From the IMG/VR virus record IMGVR_UViG_3300028920_000077, positions 1 through 60,355 of that record: 60,355 nt of DNA. The stretch is one strand, 5' to 3'. The notes beneath the pieces are model-generated. The model ran no database searches, was not told the DNA's origin, and saw only the letters and a list, made by a program, of their open reading frames with translations. The position numbers were made by a program, and so were the translations under genes. This DNA is from a virus. Lineage: Duplodnaviria; Caudoviricetes. Shown here one piece after another: positions 39,081 through 48,698 of this stretch (position 1 is its first letter; every line of letters starts with the position of its first letter).

Positions 39081-40272
39081 GTTAGGAACACATGATATAG
39101 GTTCTTGTCAACATCAATTATATTATAAAAATAAAAAGAGGGGTTACCGCCCCTCTGATAGATTTGAAGATGAGATTAGGTTGAAAAAAATATTTGAACT
39201 AGGGCATGAAGGTGAAGAAGATGCAAAGAAAATATTAAGGCATAGAGGTTATTATATTTTTGGTGAACAAAAAGAAATAGAAATAGAAGTTATCCCTGGT
39301 GAATTAAAAATTATTGGACATATAGACGGGTTAATAGAAAATCCACAAATTTTTGATATGTTTGAAACATTGCTTTGGGAACATAAAACAGTGTCTCCTA
39401 TGTCTAAAGCGACTACAGTTTATGATAGTTGGTATGCTCAGGTGCAAATTTATATGTATGGGTTACAACTTCAGGGACATCCTATTACAAAATGTTTATT
39501 CACCAAACTAGATAGGGACTGGAGACTAAAAGACCCTATTGTAATCAATTATAACGAAAAATTCCTTGAAGAGTTTTTGGAAAATAAAGTTAAAGGTTTA
39601 TACAAATGTATTATAGAAGATACACTTCCTGATGATCCGATCCCAAAAGAAGACTGGAAATGTAACGGTTGTAGGTATAATGAGTCATGCGAAGCATTAC
39701 AGTTAAACGTAGCATTAACAGAATATGAAAGGGAAAAAAAGGCAGAAGAAAATATTGCTAAAACAATGTTACTACATAAATGTTATGATAAAGGTATCAA
39801 AATCTGTGAAAAGAAAATTAAAAAACTAAGTAACCAAATCATTAAGAAAATAAGAGCAATAGAAAAAGTTAAAAAGTTAAATAAAATGACAAACGCAGAA
39901 TTGAAAAAACAGACAGTTGCAGAGATGGATAATGAATTAACAGACATGGTCTCTCAAAAGAACCAATCACAATTAGATTTAGAAGCATTTAAAAGCTATA
40001 AGAAGCTCGCTACTGAAAAAATAGAGAAAGAGATGGAGTATGTTAAGACTAGACGCATTGTATCGCCTGAGCTAGGCTTACAGGCTTATATTTCCACAAA
40101 ATTAGTAGTAGACGGAAATATAGAACGTATTCCAGACCATATTAGGAAAATGATTGAGGTCAACCAGATAAAAACAACTTATGATTTAGACAGGTTACCA
40201 GAACATCTTAAAGAAAAATATTGTAAAACTATACCTGTCAGGTCTCTAACAGTTAAGGAATATAAGGGATGA
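39073..40272 (+). CDS. Cas4-like PD-(D/E)XK exonuclease with C-terminal extension
   Basis: N-terminal Cys, GHIDG, EHKT, QVQIYM and CNGCRYNESC (Fe-S ligands). Confidence 0.85.
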   Translation: MIKLGTHDIGSCQHQLYYKNKKRGYRPSDRFEDEIRLKKIFELGHEGEEDAKKILRHRGYYIFGEQKEIEIEVIPGELKIIGHIDGLIENPQIFDMFETLLWEHKTVSPMSKATTVYDSWYAQVQIYMYGLQLQGHPITKCLFTKLDRDWRLKDPIVINYNEKFLEEFLENKVKGLYKCIIEDTLPDDPIPKEDWKCNGCRYNESCEALQLNVALTEYEREKKAEENIAKTMLLHKCYDKGIKICEKKIKKLSNQIIKKIRAIEKVKKLNKMTNAELKKQTVAEMDNELTDMVSQKNQSQLDLEAFKSYKKLATEKIEKEMEYVKTRRIVSPELGLQAYISTKLVVDGNIERIPDHIRKMIEVNQIKTTYDLDRLPEHLKEKYCKTIPVRSLTVKEYKG

Positions 40273-40646
40273 CGGATGAACTTAAAACAAAAGAACTGAA
40301 TAAATTATCAAGTGATATACTAGATGAATTATGTAAATATTCACACGTATTAGAAAATTATATGATTGTGAATTATGCAAAACCGAGTAAAGAAGAAATA
40401 CATAATATTATTTTTTCTATAGCTTCACACCAAATTAATAATTGTAATAAATTTTTAAATGAATTCTTTTTGGATACTATCACAGAAAGGGAATATGCAA
40501 GTCAGAATGATTTATGTTATTTCAAAGTTAGAGTATGTGGTGGTGTTATTGTCCCACTAAAACTAATTATTGTTTTTAGATATGCTAATGATGATAGAAA
40601 ATTTTATTCCTGTTATTCCACTAATTATTGCGGGATGACACAATGA
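40269..40646 (+). CDS. Hypothetical protein
   Basis: 125 aa, ATGA overlaps. Confidence 0.55.
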   Translation: MTDELKTKELNKLSSDILDELCKYSHVLENYMIVNYAKPSKEEIHNIIFSIASHQINNCNKFLNEFFLDTITEREYASQNDLCYFKVRVCGGVIVPLKLIIVFRYANDDRKFYSCYSTNYCGMTQ

Positions 40647-40828
40647 TAGTAAAACAAATAATTAAAAAAATAACACGATGTGGTGATTGTCCACATTTTG
40701 CAGATACACAAGAACATAAAACATTAAAATATTTTTCAGTTTGCAAACTTGGAAACTTTCTAATTGATATAAACTTTCAAAAAGAAATTGATGAAAGATG
40801 TCCTCTTGATGATTATAATGAAAAATAA
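40643..40828 (+). CDS. Small Cys4 protein
   Basis: CGDCPHF...C...ERCPLDDY; paralog of 44479..44685. Confidence 0.65.
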   Translation: MIVKQIIKKITRCGDCPHFADTQEHKTLKYFSVCKLGNFLIDINFQKEIDERCPLDDYNEK

Positions 40829-40865
40829 ACAAAATATTAACATTTAATGAAAAAATAGAGAGGAG

Positions 40866-41048
40866 GTGATATTTATGACACAAATGATTTCTAGTTATTT
40901 AGTAAAGTTTAAAAAGGGCGTATCTGAAATTACAGTAGTATGTGATGATATTAAAACTGCTATGGATAACGCTTGCACATATAGGGCGACTACTGAAGAT
41001 AACGTCAAATCAGTAGAATATCAAAGAAAACTTTTGGTAGTTAGTTAA
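40866..41048 (+). CDS. Hypothetical protein
   Basis: Strong GGAGGTG RBS. Confidence 0.6.
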   Translation: MIFMTQMISSYLVKFKKGVSEITVVCDDIKTAMDNACTYRATTEDNVKSVEYQRKLLVVS

Positions 41049-41108
41049 ATAGAAACACACAAGTAATGGTAGGAGATTTTCTCTTACTGTTACTTGTATA
41101 ACAAAGGA

Positions 41109-42830
41109 ATGAAAATGGGATTTTTAGATAATTGGTTCATTCAAAAAGAAAAAAAAGAAAAGAAAGGAACAATTCAAGCATATACTACGGATACACATAT
41201 TATAGCTAAGAACTTGTGTATCTCACACATAAGGATGCTAACACATAATTTCCCGCATGTGTGGCAGGACAATGCTTATTATATCCATAGAGACTGGGCT
41301 AATTATTTCAATTCTATTTTCGGGACTGATTTCACTCCTATTCCTAAAGAAAAGATTAATACAGATAACTTAGTCTTTCATCCATTAGCAAAACCACATC
41401 AGATTGAATTAACAAAAAAATGTATTCAAGACAAAAGACATTCACCTAACCTAGATACTGGTGGTGGCAAGACTCTACTGGGATTAATGATAATTGATAA
41501 TCTATTTAAGATGGGCAGGATAAAAAAACCATTGGTAATTTGCCCTCTATATTTGATTGAAACTAGCTGGTCAGATGATCTAAAAAAGTTTAGTTATGAT
41601 AAAGATTATGAAATAATAAACCTACATAAACTATATTACAGATCTGCTAAGGGTAAAAGGGAAGTCGTAGAGAAATTAAATTCTGATAAAAAATATATAT
41701 TCATGCTGAATTATGAAAGTATAGGCAATCTTAAATTATTATTAATGCCATACATAGACCTTGTCATATTTGATGAGGCAGACTATCTTCAAAACTGGTA
41801 CACCCAAAATACTAAAAATTCTATAGAAATAGCTTGGTATCCTAATGTAGAATTTTGCTATACCATGTCTGGAACACCTTACCCAAATGGTTTTCAAAAC
41901 TGTTGGGGACAGATGGAATGTATTAATAAAGGGTTATTGGGTTCTTATACAGCAGATTTTGAACCTCTGTTTTTTAATAAAACGTATGGATTTAAGTTTA
42001 AGGATAAACGGAGAGAAATATTACTCAGGAAAATATTACATAAACATGCTACATATAAGAAAAAAGAAGAGATACTCCCCGATCTTCCAAAGCACAGCAA
42101 AGTTAAATTATATTGTGAAATGACAAAGAGACAACAGCAGTTGTATAATAAAGTTAAGAAATCTTTGTATAAGATATATAAAGAAATAGAATTTGATGGT
42201 GATACTGTTAAGATTTCTAACTTTTTCGTGCAACTATTAAAGCTCCGACAAATTACTTCTGGGTTCTTAATCATGGATAATGACCATAAAAAAATTAAGC
42301 AAAATCCTAAAAAATTATTACTTGAAAACTTTTTAAAATCTAATTATGATAGACAATTACTTATTTGGACAAATTATGTAATGGAAATGTCTATTGTAAA
42401 AGATTTGGTTGGTAGAACAAACGCTGGTTATATCTGGGGTGGTGCTTCACAAGAATCCAGACAAGAAGCTGCCGAGAAATTTGCTAATAATAAAATCCAG
42501 TATTTAGTAATAAATATCAAGGCGGGGCAGTATGGTTACAATTTCCAGGCATATTGTTATCAAAATTTTTTCTTTTCATTACTAGATAGCTATAAAGATT
42601 TCCACCAAGCTAGTAGTAGAGTAGATAGATTTGGGCAGACAAAACCAGTTGTATCCTATTTCCCATACATCAAAGGAACAGTTGATGATTTACTCTGGGG
42701 CATAATGCAACGTAAAAAAAGAATAAGAGACCTCAGCTTTGAAGAAATAGTAGCAAGTTTAGAGTTTGAAAAAATAATCAAAAGACCAAAAAAAAGGAGA
42801 AAAAATAATGTTTGTAATTACAAAAGATAA
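41109..42830 (+). CDS. SNF2-family helicase
   Basis: DTGGGKT, VICP, NYE, FDEAD, MSGTP, GYNFQ and QASSRVDRFGQ motifs. Confidence 0.9.
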   Translation: MKMGFLDNWFIQKEKKEKKGTIQAYTTDTHIIAKNLCISHIRMLTHNFPHVWQDNAYYIHRDWANYFNSIFGTDFTPIPKEKINTDNLVFHPLAKPHQIELTKKCIQDKRHSPNLDTGGGKTLLGLMIIDNLFKMGRIKKPLVICPLYLIETSWSDDLKKFSYDKDYEIINLHKLYYRSAKGKREVVEKLNSDKKYIFMLNYESIGNLKLLLMPYIDLVIFDEADYLQNWYTQNTKNSIEIAWYPNVEFCYTMSGTPYPNGFQNCWGQMECINKGLLGSYTADFEPLFFNKTYGFKFKDKRREILLRKILHKHATYKKKEEILPDLPKHSKVKLYCEMTKRQQQLYNKVKKSLYKIYKEIEFDGDTVKISNFFVQLLKLRQITSGFLIMDNDHKKIKQNPKKLLLENFLKSNYDRQLLIWTNYVMEMSIVKDLVGRTNAGYIWGGASQESRQEAAEKFANNKIQYLVINIKAGQYGYNFQAYCYQNFFFSLLDSYKDFHQASSRVDRFGQTKPVVSYFPYIKGTVDDLLWGIMQRKKRIRDLSFEEIVASLEFEKIIKRPKKRRKNNVCNYKR

Positions 42831-43122
42831 ATTAGGTTTTTTAGAGGAGAATAAGATGAATTTAAAAGAAGAATTACAAAAGCTAACAAGAGCAGCTAAA
42901 GTAAATAAAAAATGGGAAGGCTGGAAGAAAGACGCAATAAAGAAAATGAAAGCCTTTGCCAAAGAAGGACACACAAGTTGTGCGTTAGTTCTCCCCCCAA
43001 AAATAGGAGAATTAATATTTGCAGCACAAATAATGGATTGGGAAAAAGAGATAGGAATGACTTTAAAATTTGATAAAGATTTATTAGCAGGCAAAAAATA
43101 TATTGTTGATTGGAGCGAATAA
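42808..43122 (+). CDS. Hypothetical protein
   Basis: 104 aa; similar in pattern to the next ORF (A.EG/ARRG...V.W). Confidence 0.55.
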   Translation: MFVITKDKLGFLEENKMNLKEELQKLTRAAKVNKKWEGWKKDAIKKMKAFAKEGHTSCALVLPPKIGELIFAAQIMDWEKEIGMTLKFDKDLLAGKKYIVDWSE

Positions 43123-43412
43123 AGATGAAATTGGTAGAAGAATTAAGAATTTATTCTAATCTAAAAAAAAATGAAGATGAAGCTAATATCAAAAGAAAAA
43201 AAATCTCACCAATGGATATAGTTAATGATTTACTACGAGAAAGAGCTAGACGAGGGTACGCTGATGCCATTTTAATTTCTTATGCTGGAAGATACTTCCC
43301 ATGTGTCCCCTCTGCATCAGAAATAGCAGATTATTTAAATTCAGAAGGGCTACAAACATTTGTAAGTTATCCAGATGAGGATAAAGTCTATGTTAAATGG
43401 GATGAAGAATAA
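43110..43412 (+). CDS. Hypothetical protein
   Basis: 100 aa. Confidence 0.55.
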   Translation: MERIKMKLVEELRIYSNLKKNEDEANIKRKKISPMDIVNDLLRERARRGYADAILISYAGRYFPCVPSASEIADYLNSEGLQTFVSYPDEDKVYVKWDEE

Positions 43413-44179
43413 TGCCGAAGTTTAATGATATAACAAAGGAAAACTGGAAGGAACAAGCAGACATAATTACTGATAGTCTATGGATATTCAATAAAAGGGA
43501 TAACTCAGGTAAACATGATGGTAGTTATCATGGTAACTTTATCCCTCAAATCCCTAGACAGTTGATTAAAAGATATACTAAACCAGGTGATATTGTATTA
43601 GACCCCTTTATGGGGTCTGGTACAACTGCATTTGTTTGTGAAGAGTTGGATCGTAAATTTATTGGTATAGATATTCAACCCAAGATGGTGGATCATGTCA
43701 GGAATAAACTAGATAGAGAAGATTACATTCTCTATATAGAAGATAGCCAGGTAGATAGTTGGATTTGGGATTTTAAAAAACAAGTACAACTAGCAATACT
43801 CCACCCACCGTATTGGGATATAATTAAATTCAGTAATGATATCGGAGACTTGTCAAATAATGGTATCTATTCAAACTTCAAACTATCTTTTGATTTGGTT
43901 ATGGAGAATGTTCTGTATACTGTAAAAGAAGGTGGTTATATAGCTTTAGTGGCTGGTGATGCTTATAGAGATAAACAAGTATACCCTATTGGTTTTGACC
44001 TCTGCAAAATCATTACAGACAACGAAGACATCAAGCTAAAAGGCATAATAATCAAGAACATGGCAGGTAATAGAGCGAAGCAGAGTCAACAAGGGCTTTG
44101 GCGATACAGAGCTTTAATGTCAGATTATTATATATTTAAACATGAATACATCTTTGTTTTTAAAAAGGAGATGCAATAA
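43412..44179 (+). CDS. DNA amino-methyltransferase (N6A/N4C)
   Basis: DPFMGSGTT (motif I) precedes HPPY (motif IV); HEYIFVFKK. Confidence 0.9.
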   Translation: MPKFNDITKENWKEQADIITDSLWIFNKRDNSGKHDGSYHGNFIPQIPRQLIKRYTKPGDIVLDPFMGSGTTAFVCEELDRKFIGIDIQPKMVDHVRNKLDREDYILYIEDSQVDSWIWDFKKQVQLAILHPPYWDIIKFSNDIGDLSNNGIYSNFKLSFDLVMENVLYTVKEGGYIALVAGDAYRDKQVYPIGFDLCKIITDNEDIKLKGIIIKNMAGNRAKQSQQGLWRYRALMSDYYIFKHEYIFVFKKEMQ

Positions 44180-44225
44180 ATAACTTCAAATTAAAATATC
44201 AAAATAATTGGAATGGAGTATTTAA

Positions 44226-44498
44226 ATGAAAATTAGACGTGGTGGTTGAAAGAAGTTTGACTGTAGCGGTGCTACGAACAAGGAACATTGTGGGAACTGT
44301 GTATTTAAGTTAAGTAAATCAAAGAAAATTCATTACTGCCAAAACCCAATGAACGCCTATTCGTATGATGAAGGTAAAGACCTGTCTAAAGAAACTTATG
44401 ATAGGTTTATATTCAGACGTGGTAGTCTTGTTAGGCTTGGTAGATTTTTTAAATGCAATTTTTATAGGAGAAACCAGAATGACACAAAGAAAACTTAA
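44226..44498 (+). CDS. Cys-rich ORF with in-frame TGA at codon 8 (candidate selenoprotein or pseudogene)
   Basis: GGAG RBS at 44215. Reads MKIRRGG*KKFDCSGATNKEHCGNCVFK and stays open 82 codons past the TGA (44247-44249). Hairpin at 44262-44276. Confidence 0.55.
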
Positions 44499-44685
44499 AC
44501 AGATAAGAAAAACAACGATAATACGAACCTGCTCAGATTGTCCTTTTTATATAGAAAATGCTGAAAGTAAAGGCGGTTCACTTTACGATATCTGTTGTTA
44601 TAAAGATGATTATTTATTTGAGATAAGGGATGCCGATATTGCAATCCCTGATCAATGCAAGTTGGAGGATTATGAAAGTGCATGA
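44479..44685 (+). CDS. Small Cys4 protein
   Basis: AGGAG RBS at 44466; CSDCPFY...CC...IPDQCKLEDY. Confidence 0.65.
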   Translation: MTQRKLKQIRKTTIIRTCSDCPFYIENAESKGGSLYDICCYKDDYLFEIRDADIAIPDQCKLEDYESA

Positions 44686-45586
44686 AATTAAAGAACATAT
44701 AGATAGGTTATGTAAAGGTAAGAGAATATTAATATGCCATCATGATGATCTTGATGGCTATTTCTCTTGCTGGTTGTTTCTAAAGTATTTTGAAATGAAT
44801 GATATCGAAGTAGAGGGTAACTTGCCAGTCAACTATAAACATAAATGGTATGAGAAAAAAAAGTTTCCAAAGAATACTGTTGTGATATTCCTAGACATAC
44901 ATTGTAATCCATTAACTAAATATTACATCCATATAGACCATCATTCAAATAAAGATGAGATTCAAATCCATAAGAACGTCATAGTGATTAATACTAAACA
45001 AGAGGTATGCACTACTATGGCTACTTGGCTCATACTCTTCTTTTATCATTCTACTAATCTTGTTTTTTTTGATAATTTTATGGGATTAATTACAAACAAT
45101 ATAGATTATATGGTTAGAGTGGTGAACTGTTATGATACTGGAATGAAAGATGCTATAGAAAAAGAATATAAATATATACATATTTTCTTGGGACAAATTT
45201 ACAAAATAATCAAAGAAGACATGCTCATACCTGAGAAATACCCCCCGTATCAAATTCCAACAAATATAAAACCTTCCATTTTTGAGGATGCCATCCTATT
45301 CAAAATTGAAGATGAACACGAACCGTTTCTTGATCTGTATAAATCATATTTCTGCCATTGGACATATAATAGGGATTGGTATAAAGGGCAGGCTATTGTT
45401 TTTCACCATGACCAAAAAGATAAAATCCGTTTGTCTGTCAGATGTCATAAACCACTCAAACCGTTTCTCCAAAAGTATAGGTTGGAGCTTTCAGGGCATA
45501 GCCATTCTCAAGGTGGATATCTGGAAATTCAGAAATTTCTTGATTTCCTGATAGAACTGGAAATAGGAGTTGAAGATGAAACTTAA
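44672..45586 (+). CDS. DHH-family phosphoesterase
   Basis: HHDDLDG, FLD, IDHH, LSVR and SGH..G motifs. Confidence 0.8.
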   Translation: MKVHEIKEHIDRLCKGKRILICHHDDLDGYFSCWLFLKYFEMNDIEVEGNLPVNYKHKWYEKKKFPKNTVVIFLDIHCNPLTKYYIHIDHHSNKDEIQIHKNVIVINTKQEVCTTMATWLILFFYHSTNLVFFDNFMGLITNNIDYMVRVVNCYDTGMKDAIEKEYKYIHIFLGQIYKIIKEDMLIPEKYPPYQIPTNIKPSIFEDAILFKIEDEHEPFLDLYKSYFCHWTYNRDWYKGQAIVFHHDQKDKIRLSVRCHKPLKPFLQKYRLELSGHSHSQGGYLEIQKFLDFLIELEIGVEDET

Positions 45587-46001
45587 ATTTATAATGGAAA
45601 AGCTAAGAAAATATAGACAATTCTTAGATATTGAAAAAGCACCTGTAAAATATAAAAAGAAATGTTCCAGGTGTTTATCATTCTTTGAAAATGTATATCT
45701 ATTTGATGAAGAAAGTGATATCGTAGATATATCTGCTTTCCTCAGAACTGAATATCATAGCTTAAATCTGAAGTATAAAGAGACAAATAATAAAAAACAT
45801 TTAGAAAAGGCAAGGGAAATTAAACTAAATTTGAAGTATATCTCTGAAAGATTTGCAATTGATTTAGTTCAGGATTTACTGAAAATTAGGGATCATTGTA
45901 ATTACAGAAATAGAAATATTCCTAAACATAAAAGATATAACTTTCAATCCAGGAACAAATCACAGGTGAAGTCTAAAGCAACTTGGAAACAAATAGACTA
46001 A
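45570..46001 (+). CDS. Hypothetical protein (CxxC)
   Basis: Last gene of the rightward arm. Confidence 0.55.
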   Translation: MKMKLKFIMEKLRKYRQFLDIEKAPVKYKKKCSRCLSFFENVYLFDEESDIVDISAFLRTEYHSLNLKYKETNNKKHLEKAREIKLNLKYISERFAIDLVQDLLKIRDHCNYRNRNIPKHKRYNFQSRNKSQVKSKATWKQID

Positions 46002-46115
46002 ACCGTTTCTTTACATGTCTCCATGGGTTAATTTTAAAAATTTAATTTCTGTAACTACATATCCATATAATGATTTTCTTATATAAGGAACTACTTATAT
46101 AATGGAGTGGATATT
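46000..46115 (+). repeat. Composite non-coding repeat, copy 1
   Basis: AACCGTTTCTTTACATGTCTCCATG...ATATCCATATAA...CTTATATAAG boxes. Confidence 0.85.
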
Positions 46116-46185
46116 ACTTTACTCTATTTATAAGGTATTTTTCAAATTTACATACAATTCTCCTATTAAGGTTTTTGGTAGAAAT

Positions 46186-46222
46186 AAAAAAAAAGGACTT
46201 AACTTATTTAGCTAAGTCCTTT
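46186..46222 (-). terminator. Intrinsic terminator of the inverted cassette
   Basis: AAAGGACTTA...TAAGTCCTTT with a long T-tract on the minus strand. Confidence 0.8.
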
Positions 46223-46236
46223 AATGTTTTTATAAT

Positions 46237-46404
46237 TTAAATATTTGTTTTTAATCTTTCGATTAATTTTACTCTTAAAACCGCCCATACTGGACACCCT
46301 TCACTTTTACAAACCATGTCTATTGCAATATCTGAATTCCTTGCAATAACTATTATATTGAATTCTCCAGAATCGCTCTGTAATATTACTTTAAACTTTC
46401 TCAT
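46237..46404 (-). CDS. Hypothetical protein (55 aa, not in ORF track)
   Basis: AAGGAG RBS; MRKFKVILQSDSGEFNIIV. Confidence 0.65.
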   Translation of the reverse strand: MRKFKVILQSDSGEFNIIVIARNSDIAIDMVCKSEGCPVWAVLRVKLIERLKTNI

Positions 46405-46760
46405 TATATTCTCCTTATTTTTGTAGGGTTGATAATCATTATTTCTTTTTTTGTTTGGATAGTTCTTTTATTAAATCTATTATTCCCTAATATACTACAA
46501 TCTACAATCTCTGAAATACTTGAATTAATATGTGTTATTTTTTTTCTTTGAATTCTTCTTTCATAAATAAATCTGTTATTTATTTTAGAATTATAATCAT
46601 ATCCAATACCAATACTTTTATGATTGAACTTTCCAAATGTTTTTGCAAATTGATCAACTTCATTGTCTTTAAACCAAATAATTATTCCACTTCCAAATTT
46701 TTCATAATGGAAGCCATACTTTTTACATTTTTTTACAATACTTCTTTGTAATTTATTCAT
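46404..46760 (-). CDS. Hypothetical protein
   Basis: Start MNKLQ after the CACTAACAAAGGAG RBS. Confidence 0.7.
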   Translation of the reverse strand: MNKLQRSIVKKCKKYGFHYEKFGSGIIIWFKDNEVDQFAKTFGKFNHKSIGIGYDYNSKINNRFIYERRIQRKKITHINSSISEIVDCSILGNNRFNKRTIQTKKEIMIINPTKIRRI

Positions 46761-46799
46761 TTTTTTTTCTCCTTTGTTAGTGTTTTTTAATACACCTTG

Positions 46800-46945
46800 A
46801 AACCGTTTCTCCAAACCGTTTCTCCAAACCGTTTCTTTACATGTCTCCATGAAAGTGTATTTTTTTTGTTATTTTTCTAATTAGATATCCATATAAGGAT
46901 TTTCTTATATAAGCAAGTCCTTATATAAGGATTTACTTATATATT
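46800..46945 (+). repeat. Composite non-coding repeat, copy 2
   Basis: Three tandem AAACCGTTTCT units, ACATGTCTCCATG, TTTTTTTGTTATTTTTCTAATTAGATATCCA and CTTATATAAG boxes. Confidence 0.85.
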
Positions 46946-47153
46946 GGATTGTTTTTTTATTCTTCCTTTTTTTTGTTTTTTTTTCTTTTTTTTCAACTTC
47001 AATTATAATTGAAGTATATTTTTTGATATATCCTATAACTTATTGATTTTTAATGATTTTTCTAATGAAATTTAATTAAATCTAAATTTCATTCTTACTT
47101 GTATAAATGCAAGTTAAAAACCTATTTTTTTAATATCTAAAATGATATTAAAA

Positions 47154-47221
47154 TGTGATATTTTAATCACAAGTGATATTTTAATCATTATATTTTTATC
47201 ACATGTAACAATTTAATCACA
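47154..47221. promoter_or_regulatory. Array of four TGTGAT-N6-ATCACA-like palindromes (candidate enhancer)
   Basis: Copies at 47154, 47172, 47186 and 47204, about 100-170 bp upstream of the sigma54 start. Confidence 0.7.
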
Positions 47222-47296
47222 TATTAGAAAATTATAAATAATTTATAATTGCTTGAATTTAAACCTTTTTCTTAAAAAATCAATAATTATAATTTT

Positions 47297-47313
47297 TGGG
47301 CATGTGAATTGCA
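47297..47313 (+). promoter_or_regulatory. Sigma54 (-24/-12) promoter 1
   Basis: TGGGCATG-TGAA-TTGCA; GG at 47299-47300 and GC at 47311-47312 are at canonical spacing. Confidence 0.72.
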
Positions 47314-47356
47314 TTTAGAAAGTAACCAAAAAAACACTAACAAAGGAGATAAAAAA

Positions 47357-47545
47357 ATGAGAAAAAAAAGAAGAAAACAAAGTAAGATATTTAATCATTC
47401 TAAAAAAAATGATATTTCAAGAAAAAAAATCCTTGAAAATATCAAATTATTTGAAAAAAGATTAAATCAAAGTACTGGACTTCTTTTCGATCTGTACTTT
47501 GAAAAATATGTATATTTTATTAACCTTTTGGAGGAGATATCATAA
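47357..47545 (+). CDS. Hypothetical protein
   Basis: CACTAACAAAGGAG RBS. Confidence 0.65.
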   Translation: MRKKRRKQSKIFNHSKKNDISRKKILENIKLFEKRLNQSTGLLFDLYFEKYVYFINLLEEIS

Positions 47546-47589
47546 AATTATCTATTGAAGAAAAAAAAGAATTAACAAAGGAGAAAAAT

Positions 47590-48057
47590 ATGAGTATAAA
47601 ACACTTAAAAGAATTAACAAAGGAGAAAAATATTTCAATTAATAAAATTCCAGATTCTTTTAAAATAGGATTTTTATTAATTGAAGAAAAAACAGACAAA
47701 GAAAATTTTCTTTATTGCATAAAAGAATTTAAAGAAAAAAGAAAAGATTCTTATCTGTTTAATATGTTTAACTTATTAATTAGAGGAAACATGCACTTAA
47801 AACATAATTTTATTAAAAGCAAGTTGAATAGAATAATTATTAAAAAGGACTTACTTAAAAAATTTTGTATTTTTCATTTTAAATTGATATGTTTAAAAAA
47901 CTGTAGAATAGAAGGAGATAAAACTTTAAATTATAGTTTTATTAGTAGAACTATAGACAAACAATTAAATAATAATGATATATCAATTTTAATGAATGAA
48001 ACAGACGATTTATATTATGAAATATACTTCGATTTAAGAGAAATTTTAAATGACTAA
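47590..48057 (+). CDS. Hypothetical protein
   Basis: TTAACAAAGGAG RBS, which is duplicated again inside the gene at about 47614. Confidence 0.65.
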   Translation: MSIKHLKELTKEKNISINKIPDSFKIGFLLIEEKTDKENFLYCIKEFKEKRKDSYLFNMFNLLIRGNMHLKHNFIKSKLNRIIIKKDLLKKFCIFHFKLICLKNCRIEGDKTLNYSFISRTIDKQLNNNDISILMNETDDLYYEIYFDLREILND

Positions 48058-48071
48058 CAAAGGAGAAAAAA

Positions 48072-48251
48072 ATGATAAGATTAGAAAATAAATTTGATAT
48101 TATAGAACTAAGTGAAGATTGTTTTACAAAATCTGAATTATTAGACATGTTTATTTTTTGGTTAGATCTCGGAGAAGTTGAAAGATGTTTTGAGGATTTT
48201 TTAAAAGAGCATGATCTAAAATTGAATCAAGAAAAATATATTATAGAATAA
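48072..48251 (+). CDS. Hypothetical protein (59 aa, not in ORF track)
   Basis: CTAACAAAGGAG RBS; MIRLENKFDIIELSED. Confidence 0.7.
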   Translation: MIRLENKFDIIELSEDCFTKSELLDMFIFWLDLGEVERCFEDFLKEHDLKLNQEKYIIE

Positions 48252-48281
48252 AAAAAACTAACACTAACAAAGGAGAAAAAA

Positions 48282-48476
48282 ATGAAAGTAGAATTTAATT
48301 TAAAAAATGTAAAAATTGTTAAATTTATAAAAATTAACCTAATCGAAGTAATTTTTTTGAACGGTGATACAACTTATTTAAAAAAAGGGAATTTTAAAAT
48401 AAGTTCATTTGTAATTTTTTATTTTAATTTATTGCAATCGATAGGAAGAAATTATTTTATCATTTGGTATAATTAA
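48282..48476 (+). CDS. Hypothetical protein
   Basis: CTAACAAAGGAG RBS. Confidence 0.65.
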   Translation: MKVEFNLKNVKIVKFIKINLIEVIFLNGDTTYLKKGNFKISSFVIFYFNLLQSIGRNYFIIWYN

Positions 48477-48501
48477 AAATAATCTAACAAAGGAGATCAA
48501 A

Positions 48502-48672
48502 ATGGATATAATTAAAAAAATCAATTTAGCTTTAAAAAGACTTGAAAAAAAAGGATATAAACATCATAAAAGTTATAAAAGACTTGAATTAAAAAAAGAA
48601 TTAATAAGAAAAGGATATCCTTTTAAACTAATTGAAATAAAAAAAGATTTTTTAAAAAATTTAGAAATTTAA
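48502..48672 (+). CDS. Basic hypothetical protein (56 aa, not in ORF track)
   Basis: CTAACAAAGGAG RBS; MDIIKKINLALKRLEKKGY. Confidence 0.65.
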   Translation: MDIIKKINLALKRLEKKGYKHHKSYKRLELKKELIRKGYPFKLIEIKKDFLKNLEI

Positions 48673-48698
48673 CTAACAAACAAACAAAGGAGAAAAAA

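Noticed and set aside
39073-40272. Cas4 as part of a CRISPR-Cas system
   Set aside because: There are no other cas genes or array. Solo Cas4-like nucleases are common phage recombination exonucleases, and ERF and SSB are present.
44226-44498. Genome-wide TGA reassignment (code 4 or 25)
   Set aside because: Many genes end in TGA with ATGA coupling, and long genes are intact under code 11.
46000-46850. CRISPR mini-array from the AACCGTTTCT repeats
   Set aside because: The units are 10-13 bp, directly tandem or kilobases apart, with no regular unique spacers.
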